The translations under genes and the position numbers were made by a program. A stretch of 8,730 nt of DNA from contig NW_021828128.1 of NCBI RefSeq assembly GCF_006345805.1, positions 1-8,730 on the forward strand. The letters are read 5' to 3'. The stretch is from Octopus sinensis. Taxonomy: Eukaryota. The notes under the pieces are model-generated. The model saw only the letters and a program-made list of their open reading frames with translations. It made no database searches and was not told the DNA's origin. Below, piece by piece: positions 1 through 7,870 of this stretch; position 1 is the stretch's first letter; each line of letters begins with the position of its first letter.

Positions 1-406
1 CCACCAACCACTACCGTTAACACTACCACCACTACTACGACTACCATCACTACCATCACCACCATCACCACCACCATCACCACCACCACCACCATCACCA
101 CCACCATCACCACCACTGCCACCTCCATCATCAGCACTACTATCACCACCACCATCACCACCATCACCATCACCATCATCACCACCACTACAACCCAACG
201 CACCACCAACTCCACTACTACCACCACCATCACGAGCAGCACAACCAACACGACCACCATCATCACCATCATAATCACCACCACCACCACCATCACCACT
301 ATTGCTACCATCGCTACCATTGTAACCACTACCACCATCACCATCCTCACCATGATTGCCACCGCAATTACCACTATCACTACTACAGCTGTAACAAACA
401 CCACCA

Positions 407-409
<3 letters not shown>
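1..409. repeat. Degenerate (CAC/CAT/TAC)n trinucleotide low-complexity tract
   Basis: Near-continuous ACC/ATC/ACT triplets, almost no G on the + strand in the first ~300 nt; explains the poly-Thr start of ORF 352..621. Confidence 0.95.
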
Positions 410-441
<32 letters not shown>

Positions 442-516
442 ACCACTACTACTATTGCTGCTGCTGCTACCACTACTACTACTGCTGCTGCTGCTGCTGC
501 TACTACTACTACTACA
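410..516. repeat. Compound (CTA)n/(CTG)n repeat with higher-order unit
   Basis: Parsed from 410: (CTA)5 (CTG)5 CTA CCA (CTA)3 TTG (CTG)3 CTA CCA (CTA)3 (CTG)6 (CTA)5. Confidence 0.95.
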
Positions 517-517
517 G

Positions 518-1570
518 TTTGTCGGTTACCTCCAGGTCAGATCCTTCTCCGTTTCCCCAGCCCCAACCCAGAAGCTATACGGTCGTTACATCGACGACTG
601 TGTTGGCGCCACCTCCTTTAGCCCACAAACAGCTCATCTTCATTTCCTTCGTTAATTCTATTGCATGCCGCAATAGAATTCCCATCTATCATCTCCACCG
701 TCAACGCTAACACTGCCACCACCACCATCATCGCCAACACCAACACCACCTCTGTCTTGCTACACCAACCACTCCACCTCTCTTTTTTACACCCTAGTTA
801 CTCCCACATCTATTTCAATTTCATCTCATTTACCTCCATTCACACCTATCGATCCCCTAGTCTAAATTCCTGCATCTCTAGCACCTCTATAGCCGACATT
901 CTGACTATGAGATCAAGTCCCACCAAACAGAACCCTTCTTATTACAACTTAGTTAAACCCAATTGCCGTAGACGTAGTTCATCATCGTGCCCTCGCTATT
1001 AATCACACCTCTGGTCCCCTATCCCGTACCTATTTACATCCCTCAACTTCACTCCACCATTCAACGAGCACTGCATCCTGCGCAGATTCCCTCTCCTTTA
1101 AACCAGCCCTACAACCTCCCAAATGACTATATCATGGCCGATATTCTGGTCCACAGTTCCTTCACACCTCTCTTCATCCAGACAGGATCATTTTCCTGCT
1201 CTCGCTCCCATTATAACACCTTTCGCTTCGTCAACAACATCGCCACATTTCATGTTATGGAACACCGCCCAAAAATTCCATCTAGCGATGAAACGCCAGA
1301 GCCGTTATTTCCAGTAAATTAGCGAAGCCGGTTTTTTAGGTTAGCTGCTCATTTCAGAGAACATTTGTTGGATACTCTTTGAAGCAACACTGGATCACAA
1401 ATGCATATCATCCATTATTTTAACACTGTAGGCAAATCTCGCTCACATCTCATTGATTTTTTTGTCTCATACCACGAGCTACTTCCATCGTATTTCTTTG
1501 TCGGGAACAGCACTTAATACTCTACTTGAAAACAGTAACCTCGTTTGCGATAGATAACCGATTGTCTTCT
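518..1570 (+). mobile_element. Decayed Penelope-like retroelement (Neptune-like): RT C-terminal half, thumb, Zn-knuckle linker, GIY-YIG endonuclease remnant
   Basis: Colinear motifs across frameshifts: FVGYL...LYGRYIDDCVGATS (YIDD at 587-598); FISFVNS/LHAAIEFPSIIS (cf. FVNSFHPALEFT); LSFLH...FTSIH (cf. LPFLD...STSIHYK); LYSRHSDYEIKSHQ (cf. LCSDDSDF); PIAVDVVHHRALAIN (cf. YP...HHRA); DILVHSSF...GSFSCSRSHYNTF (cf. DLLVRS...GTFPC.R.RC.TC, with two Cys one base from TGT); RLAAHFREHL at 1338-1367 and HYFN (GIY-YIG C-terminal part). 3' limit is approximate. Confidence 0.85.
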
Positions 1571-1627
1571 AAACTTCTCCACAAACTCACTCACTGATAA
1601 ACATCAGCACAAAAACTCCTTCGTACA

Positions 1628-1670
1628 TGCACGCACACACACACACACACACACACAAACAAACAAATAT
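1628..1670. repeat. (CA)n/(CAAA)n microsatellite
   Basis: gcacgcacacacacacacacacacacacaaacaaacaaa. Confidence 0.9.
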
Positions 1671-1842
1671 ACATAGGCATTAGCAATCTCACTCGCACAC
1701 TCCTTTCACTCTCCACGAACCCACGCACAAACACAAACACAAGCGTTCTACGATTTTTCACCCTTCAGAATGCACACTTCGCACATACATGCATTAAAAA
1801 GTTCGTTTCGTACAATACTTCTCACAATTTACATACGCAAAA

Positions 1843-1912
1843 CAGAGAGAGAAATTGAGAGAGAGAGACAAACAGACAGACAGACAGACAGAAGAAAGTG
1901 AGAGAGAGAAAG
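1843..1912. repeat. (GA)n + (GACA)n compound microsatellite
   Basis: gagagagaaattgagagagagagacaaacagacagacagacagacagaagaaagtgagagagagaaagg. Confidence 0.9.
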
Positions 1913-2254
1913 GAAACTCGGAACTACTCAAACCTTCGAACGTACACAAACACACACACGTATTCATATTTAACGGTCTCTATCATATGTCACACATTTA
2001 CGGGCATATACCGCACCTCTTGTAATACGAAACACAAATACTTTCATACAAGCGTACACAACATACAAATTCTCCGTGCAGCTACTTCTGTGCGCTTCCA
2101 CGTTAGCTCGCCATTTTGTTTGCTTAAACCTAATGAATTTACTTACTTTTTTGTCCAATGCTAATCACCATCTTAAACGAACCCAAATTTTTCATTTCGG
2201 GCATACACTTTTCTTGTCGAAATCGGTTTTTTCTTTCCTCTTACTCTTTCATCA

Positions 2255-2292
2255 CTTTTGATAAACGACTAACTGTCCAAAACGTCGATATC
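2255..2292 (+). ncRNA. Candidate degenerate minimal (type I) hammerhead ribozyme
   Basis: TTGATAA (2258-2264; CUGAUGA with 2 transitions), GAC-taact-GTC hairpin, cAAAAC (cGAAAC with G>A), palindromic ACGT helix III and a GUC triplet at 2284-2286. Core is mutated and helix I is weak. Confidence 0.35.
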
Positions 2293-2460
2293 TTTTCCTT
2301 TCCGTCGTAGCGCAATACATTGAGTTTCATTGATTTCCCGTTTCAGTTCGAGCTCCGCAACAATAGAAATGTACCACACTAGCGAGTGCAACAACAACAA
2401 TAACAAGAATAATGCCATTTCGCACCAAAAAAATGGTTGTGGTGATAATGATTATAATGA

Positions 2461-2925
2461 TGGGGTGGGATGGGAAGGGAGGGGATGGGAAGAGGAGGAG
2501 GGGGGATCGATGGGGTAGGATGGGATAGGAAGGAGGAGGAAGAATAAGGGAGAAGGGGAGAGATTGGGGATGGAGGATTGGGAAGGGGGGAGTGGCGGAT
2601 GGAAAGAGGGGAGGGGAAGGAGGAGGGTGGGGGTGAAGAGGGAGGGGTGGAATGAAGAGGGGGAGGAGGAAATGAAGAGAGGAGGAAGAAAGGAATGAAG
2701 AGGGGACGAAGGAGAGAATGAAGAGGGGAGGGAAGAGGGAATGCAGAGGGGAGGGATGAGAGGAGCGATTGGTGGGAGGATTGGGGAGGGAGGGAGGGGA
2801 AGGATTGGGGGGGATGGGGACTAGGAGAAGGGGAGAGGGGTGTGGAGTAGTGCAGAAGAAGGGAAAGGTGGGGAGAGAAAGAGAGGAGGAGGACGAGAAA
2901 GGGGATGCGTAGGGGAATGATATAG
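2461..2925 (+). repeat. Polypurine GA/G-rich low-complexity tract with G-quadruplex motifs
   Basis: Overwhelmingly G/A on the + strand; e.g. GGGG-T-GGG-AT-GGG-AA-GGG-A-GGGG-AT-GGG at 2462-2489 and further G3+ clusters near 2780-2820. Explains the Pro/Ser-rich ORF 2379..2948(-). Confidence 0.9.
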
Positions 2926-2983
2926 ATGATGGCGGTTGTCGTCCTCATTTTGCCAATAAGAGCCGCATGCCTGATTGTTTCAC

Positions 2984-3010
2984 TTTTGTTTTATTATTAT
3001 TATTATTATT
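2984..3010. repeat. (TTA)n microsatellite
   Basis: ttttattattattattattatt. Confidence 0.9.
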
Positions 3011-3114
3011 AACCAATAACTAGTTAACCATTTAACTGATTACTTGATTAATCATTCGATCGATCAACTAATCAATCAGATAGTTTGTTAGAGTCCTTAC
3101 GTTGTCATTTGTGA

Positions 3115-3660
3115 CCTCGTCAATGACATGCCTCGTTCCTCTTGGTAGAGCAGCTGTACCTTTGTTTGAAGTTATTTCTATTGAATTATTTACTGTACTG
3201 AGGATGAAGAAAGGAATGTTTATTGATTAAATCTAGTCAGTAGCTTTGTTAGACACAACATTTAAGGAGGAATGCATCAATTAGATAATATGTATGTCTT
3301 GTTTTTATTTAGGTACGGATGAGTCGAGGGTATGTAGGACGTTGCCTTTGAATCGCATTGAATCAGTTATTGTGATGGGTTGCCGCAAGTTCTGAACATT
3401 GCTGTATATGACGGCAGGTTAGGGAATTCTTTATTGATATCATTCATCAAAATTCTAAGTGGATCGCAGGGTGCTATATTAATGAGTTTTTCATTAGGTT
3501 TGCTACTTAGTTTGTGTTTGTTTGTGGTTAGGTTGAGATGCGGGAGACATATACAACATTTACGATATCTAAAAATATGTAGGCTATTCATGAGATAATG
3601 AGAATTATTCTGAAGGCGAAATCATACTATGAGAGGTGCTAAGTTGGTCTCTCCGAAATC
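3115..3660 (-). mobile_element. Highly decayed CR1/L2-like LINE reverse transcriptase fragment
   Basis: Minus-strand motifs in the expected order: ETNLAPL/YDF (cf. NNLL..SQYGF); AYIFLDI (3564-3575, cf. VIYLDF); PHLNL...KL (cf. VPH..LL.KL); DPLRILMNDI (3436-3447, cf. GPLLFLIYINDL); AMF-RTCGNPSQ*LIQCD (cf. MFADD...LLQ.DL, with ADD missing); TVNNSI...EERG-VIDE (cf. EKDLGVIID). Many indels and stops. Confidence 0.5.
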
Positions 3661-3664
3661 TCTC

Positions 3665-3666
<2 letters not shown>

Positions 3667-3747
<81 letters not shown>

Positions 3748-3845
3748 GTGTGTGCGTGTGTGTGCGTGTGTGTGTGTGTGTGCGTGTGTCTGTGCGTGCG
3801 CATGTATGTGTGTATATGTGCGTAGATACATATATACATACATAG
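3667..3845. repeat. (TG)38 perfect tract (3667-3742) followed by imperfect TG/CG/TA alternating purine-pyrimidine repeat
   Basis: Direct reading; generates the VC/HT ORFs in the ORF track. Confidence 0.97.
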
Positions 3846-3849
3846 ATAT

Positions 3850-4029
3850 TCTTTTATTCTTTCACTTGTTTAAGTCATTTGACAGCAACCATGCTGGAGC
3901 ACCACCTTTTGTCGAACAATCGACCCCAAAACTTATTCTTTGTAAGCCTAGTACTTATCTATCGGGGACATAAGCACACCAGCATCGGTTGTCAAGCAAT
4001 GTTGGTGTGTGGACAAACACAGACACACA

Positions 4030-4070
<41 letters not shown>

Positions 4071-4258
4071 AATATATATATATATATACATATATACGAC
4101 GGGCTTCTTACAGTTTCTATCTACCACATCCACTCACAAGGCTTTGGTCGGCCCGAGGCATAGTAGAAGACACATGACCAAGGAGCCACGCAGTGGAACT
4201 GAACCCGGGACCATGTGGTTGGTAAGCAAGCAACTTACCACACAGCCACTCCTGTTCC
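3850..4258 (-). mobile_element. Near-full-length tRNA-derived SINE (octopus-type) with internal (TA)n
   Basis: Minus strand: A box TGGCTGTGTGG (4248-4238), B box GGTTCAGTTCC (4205-4195), body CCTTGGTCATGTGTCTTCTACTATGCCTCGGGCCGACCAAAGCCTTGTGAGTGG, internal (TA)n/(TG), and 3' tail GGTGCTCCAGCATGG...AAACAAGTGAAAGAATAAAAGAAT. Matches my recollection of a very abundant octopus SINE. Confidence 0.9.
4033..4096. repeat. (TA)n microsatellite inside the SINE
   Basis: Direct reading, with a few interruptions. Confidence 0.95.
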
Positions 4259-4938
4259 TTAATAGCAATAATTATAACGATAGATAATATGGAGACTGCT
4301 ACGTCCTCAAAATTTATTTCCTTTCATTTCACAATTTCATACAGCATATTTTTATGGTTCCGGCGACCTACACGTGTTTCCCCTCAAACCAAGGGCAGTT
4401 GCATATACAACCGAACATAATTTTCTATGCAGCCTCGTTCAGGGTCTTTCAACCAGCTTGGCTCGAAGTGAAATAAGTTTGAGGATGTACCAGTTTCCAT
4501 ATTCTTTAACCTTATAGTTATTGCAAATATACACTTCAGATAATATCACCCAGTGTAGCAAACACAGAATTACCCATCAGAGGAATTTACAGCGTGAGTG
4601 ACAACTCCTAGAAAGTCATAGACGTTAAATACTGATCGATGCAGTTAGCTGTAACCTGGAGCATAACTGAGAACTATCATGGTATCCGCCCGGATAATAT
4701 ATACCTCTAAACTCACATCTGGTTTTTTAATAAATTTTAACGGTATCTTATATTATATTATATTATATTCATAGTATGTTATGTTATATTATAATATAAA
4801 TAAATTGAATCCCTCAATTTAATTGTATTGTTTGTAATTTGCATTATACCCTTATTTATGTAGTATTCAACTGACATACCAGTCAACTGAATGTTTACAC
4901 ACCCGCTTTGAAGGAATTTCCTTCCTTAGTTTGTTACT

Positions 4939-4940
<2 letters not shown>

Positions 4941-4981
<41 letters not shown>

Positions 4982-5003
4982 TTATATATATATATATATA
5001 ATA
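4941..5003. repeat. (TA)n microsatellite
   Basis: (TA)20, CT, then further TA units. Confidence 0.95.
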
Positions 5004-5270
5004 TAAAGATTTTAGGTATAATTATACTAATTTTCCATCTGTTCTAATTTAAATAAATGTCTTTGTGCAGCTGAAGATTGTTCTACATTCTAAACTGATG
5101 TAATGATTGCATTGTTCAATTAAATGGAGTTGCATGAAACGATCGTACTGCATTACCTCTGGATATCCTTGTTGCTTATTTTGATTTAATCACCTTACTT
5201 TGAAATTGTATGGATAATACCGTACTAAATTCTGGTGCCTCAACTTAAGTACTATATTAATTAATCTGAA

Positions 5271-5390
5271 TCTCCCTCTCTCTCTCTCTTTCACTCTGTA
5301 TATATATATATGGTGTGTGTGTTGTGTGTGTGTGTGTGTGTTGTGTGTGTGTGTGTTGTGTGTGTGTGTGTGGTGTGTGTGTGTGTGTGT
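5271..5390. repeat. Compound (CT)n-(TA)n-(TG)n microsatellite
   Basis: CT run 5271-5290, TA run ~5299-5311, TG run 5311-5390 with periodic single-base interruptions. Confidence 0.95.
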
Positions 5391-5606
5391 AGAAAATGCT
5401 AAAATAATTTTATCATGAAGAATATTTTAGTACCGGTTTCAGGCTTTGGGACTTTTTCAACTTATAGTAAAGCATGAAAAGCAATTAAACGGTGGAAAAA
5501 AATTAAATTAAATGTTTGTTTTTGAATATTTCCATAGTTTTTAAATGCAACGGGCATTTTCCTTTTTTCTGTCTGTCTCTGTCTCCCTTTTGTACACATG
5601 AGTAAA

Positions 5607-5608
<2 letters not shown>

Positions 5609-5654
<46 letters not shown>
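5609..5654. repeat. (AC)n(AT)n compound microsatellite
   Basis: Direct reading. Confidence 0.95.
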
Positions 5655-5655
<1 letters not shown>

Positions 5656-5725
5656 AATGGCGGTGCCCCAGCATGGCCACAGCTCATTGGCTGAAACTGG
5701 AAAAATCAAAAATCAAATCAAAATC
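5655..5725 (+). mobile_element. Isolated SINE/LINE 3' tail fragment
   Basis: GGCGGTGCCCCAGCATGGCCACAGCTCATTGGCTGAAAC + A-rich (AAATC)n tail; aligns by eye to the tail of the SINE at 3850-3910(-) (GGTGGTGCTCCAGCATGGTTGCTGTCAAATGACTTAAAC). Confidence 0.75.
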
Positions 5726-5726
5726 A

Positions 5727-5727
5727 T

Positions 5728-5779
<52 letters not shown>

Positions 5780-5791
5780 TTATATATCTAT

Positions 5792-5829
<38 letters not shown>

Positions 5830-5833
5830 TATT

Positions 5834-5874
<41 letters not shown>
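5727..5874. repeat. (TA)n followed by (TG)n compound microsatellite
   Basis: Interrupted TA tract 5727-5832, TG tract ~5838-5874. Confidence 0.95.
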
Positions 5875-5876
<2 letters not shown>

Positions 5877-5979
5877 CCAACTTACCGTCTCTATATATGT
5901 ACATATCTAATGTACCAAATTTCTTTTTAAGTATGAGGCGACTTCTGCTTGAGTTAAATGTTAAATGACTTACAAGCAT

Positions 5980-6650
5980 TTTTGTTGTGGTTGTTGCTGT
6001 TGTTTTCTCTACTTGACCACTTGCTGAGTTAAGAGGAAGTGGTGGAGCTCATGACCCTTGCAGGCCCTCTGAGAATAATGATATAAGGCTTAAACTGTTA
6101 CAGATCAACACTTGCAGAAAGACATGAGCGTGAAGGAGATTGCTCTGGGGCCAATGTTCTGGCTGTGTAAGACTGGGAAGTATCATTAATGCGAGAATGG
6201 GATGTGAAATAGACGCACCAAGAGACAAGTGAGTTAGGGGTGTCTGTGTGGTGGAGGTAAGAGACCAGCCAACTCACGATATAATGGACGGACAGCTTGT
6301 CTGTAAACCAGAGGGCGGAGTGTTGGCCGTTAATGATGAAATGCGAACCATCAGAGTAGCCCCTTACTGGATGCAATCCATGATGTGTGTATGCATTAGT
6401 AGTAGCCCTATTTCCAAATAGAGCAGAACTCCATTGTAGACTTCAGTTGAATTTTGTTGAATTCCGGCTGACGCTGGGAGGCGATATATGTTCTGGCCAT
6501 AAAGACAGGGAATGATCTTTGGGATGCTGTCCTAACTGTACCAATGAGAGAGCCTCAGTGATAGTATTTCGAGAAACTGCGAGGACCCACTAAGCGCTGA
6601 TTGTGTGATACAGTGGTGGTTTCTTGACTGGAATTGTGATCGAAGGTAAT
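5980..6650 (-). mobile_element. 5'-truncated, decayed non-LTR retrotransposon 3' end (Jockey/CR1 group ORF2 C-terminus + 3' UTR + CAA-like tail)
   Basis: Minus-strand motifs in order: ITEALS (cf. ITSDLSW); VRTASQR..VFMAR (cf. AKTASQKL..LFRAR); KIQLKSTMEFCSIW (MEFCSIW at 6434-6414, cf. KAQVRPTMEYCSHIW); MDCIQ*GA (cf. LDRIQRRA); ELAGLLPPP (6275-6249); SQSY..RT (cf. SQSF.PRT); DL*QFK. CAACAGCAACAACCACAAC tail at ~6005-5980. Exact clade is uncertain. Confidence 0.75.
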
Positions 6651-6721
6651 ATCTATAAAATTTACAATAGATTGGTGGTGATGGTCATTTTAGGACAACA
6701 TTATGGAGAATATTAATTAGA

Positions 6722-7139
6722 TCTCTTCTAAGAATTGATAAAATAAGCAAATGATTTTTCCCTTCATCAACAGATGCTGGCGTAGTATACTTAAAATTAG
6801 ATGGCCCCAACACATAAGCGATATAGAGCTATGGCAAAGAAGAAAGCAAGTTTCGATTAGGGAGCAAATAGTTAAGGAAAAGAGGAAGTGGATTGGTAAC
6901 ACAATTAGAAAAGACACCAAATGTAGCGAAAAGTGCTTTAAAGTGGAAACTGGTTGGATATAGAAGGAGAGGTAGGCCTAAGAACTCGTGGCGTAGATCA
7001 ACACAAAAGGAACTAAAGACAGGGGGACATTCATGGCAGAGTATAAGTACACATGCGAAAAATTATGCAACATGGAATTCAACTATAAGTGTCCTATACT
7101 CCGCGTTGGAGGATTAAAGACAGAAGAAAAGTAAAGAAT
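6722..7139 (+). mobile_element. 5'-truncated RTE-clade LINE (ORF2 C-terminus) with target-site duplication
   Basis: FINRCWRSILKIRWPQHISDIELWQR...KRKWIGNTIRK (from 6763) continues after one frameshift (~6913-6920) as NVAKSALKW..GYRRRGRPKNSWRRS...stop 7115-7117, the typical RTE/Perere-3-type C-terminus. AGAAGAAAAGTAAAG tail. Direct repeat ATATTAATTAGA at 6710-6721 and 7140-7151. Confidence 0.88.
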
Positions 7140-7151
7140 ATATTAATTAGA

Positions 7152-7320
7152 GAACGATAGAAAAAAATACATCCGACATTTAGTTGCCCGACTTCTGAGT
7201 TCAAACTTCGACGGAACTGATATTACCGCCTCACCCCTGTTTTTATGCCTCCGAGCTCAGTAAAATGTGAACCAATCTTATACTGAAATCATTTCAATCG
7301 ACTATATTCCATGCTCTTCG
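7152..7320 (+). mobile_element. Old degraded tRNA-derived SINE fragment
   Basis: B-box-like GAGTTCAAAC (7197-7206) within TTCTGAGTTCAAA, followed by sequence loosely resembling a recalled octopus SINE body ending ...AATCGACT; high divergence. Confidence 0.45.
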
Positions 7321-7369
7321 TATATATTTGCGGTCTTGTGTCAATGTTAGAGATTAATATTGCCGTATA

Positions 7370-7797
7370 TTGTTGTTGTTATCGTCGTCGTTGCTATTGT
7401 TGATGTTGTTGTTGTAGTTGTAGTTGTTGTTGCTGTTGCTGTTGAGCGTAGCGGTCTTCGTCCCAGAGTGGGAGAAGTCCGATACGTGGTCCTTTGCTAT
7501 TCGTAAGACCCGCAGAAGAGAAAGCAGGTCAACCCCCGACACCGAGAGCATCGACGGATGGATGAATGCGCATCCAGGCTCAGCGGTTGCGTAGGAAGTC
7601 GGGGACGAGAAACAGGAAGAAAGAGTGAGAGAATGTTGGAGCGAAAGAGTACAACAGGGGTCGCCACCACCCCCTACCGGAGCCTCGCTGAGCTGTGTTT
7701 TCGCCCAATAAACACACACATCGCCCGGTCTGGGAATCGAAACCGCGATCCTCCGACCGCGAGTCCGCTGCCCTAACCATTGGGCCATTGAGCCTCC
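7370..7797 (-). mobile_element. Full-length tRNA(Arg)-like SINE with (CAA)n tail
   Basis: Minus strand GGAGGCTCAATGGCCCAATGGTTAGGGCAGCGGACTCGCGGTCGGAGGATCGCGGTTTCGATTCCC: A box TGGCCCAATGG (7787-7777), D-stem GCCC/GGGC, B box GGTTTCGATTCCC (7744-7732), then ~280 nt of non-tRNA body and a CAA/CAG/CTA tail (7445-7370). Head aligns by eye to eukaryotic tRNA-Arg; tRNA-Arg-derived SINE families are known from octopus. Confidence 0.88.
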
Positions 7798-7799
7798 AC

Positions 7800-7823
7800 T
7801 GTTGTTGCTGCTTCTGCTGCTGC

Positions 7824-7870
<47 letters not shown>

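Larger units (their letters stand above)
1571..2360 (+). mobile_element. Probable 3' non-coding / pseudo-LTR region of the same Penelope-like element
   Basis: Directly follows the endonuclease remnant, contains embedded (CA)n, (GA)n and (GACA)n, and ends in a hammerhead-like motif, which Penelope pLTRs are known to carry. Linkage is inferred; I found no second pLTR copy in the window. Confidence 0.45.

Noticed and set aside
352-655. Poly-Thr/Ala and poly-Leu ORFs as mucin-like or signal-peptide proteins
   Set aside because: They are translations of triplet repeats; the only complex part is the Penelope RT remnant.
1594-1616. CTGATAA...AAAAC as a second hammerhead-like motif
   Set aside because: No helix II or helix III geometry; only a 5-bp CTGAT/ATCAG hairpin.
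2379-2948. 189-aa Pro/Ser-rich ORF (extensin-like) on the minus strand
   Set aside because: Product of the polypurine tract, whose pyrimidine-rich complement rarely contains stop codons; no domain or splice support.
3313-3329. 17-nt microexon candidate (TTTTTATTTAG|GTACGGATGAGTCGAGG|GTATGT)
   Set aside because: Splice-like signals are good but it lies within the antisense CR1/L2-like fossil, is not a multiple of 3, and has no other support; only RNA-seq could rescue it.
3622-4177. Cluster of VC/HT/YI-repeat ORFs
   Set aside because: Dinucleotide repeat translations.
4383-4500. Minus-strand peptide FHFEPSWLKDP resembling an L1-type linker motif
   Set aside because: Single short resemblance with no colinear neighbouring motifs.
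4864-4892. Imperfect palindrome ATTCAACTGAC-atacca-GTCAACTGAAT
   Set aside because: 9/11 arm match in AT-rich DNA is not distinguishable from chance.
7090-7139. Shared 3' end between the RTE fragment and the SINE tails (partner LINE)
   Set aside because: Similarity is limited to A-rich AAAGAAT endings; no alignable unique sequence.
7725-7797. Functional tRNA gene
   Set aside because: Acceptor, anticodon and T stems do not pair properly and the head runs into a SINE body and tail.
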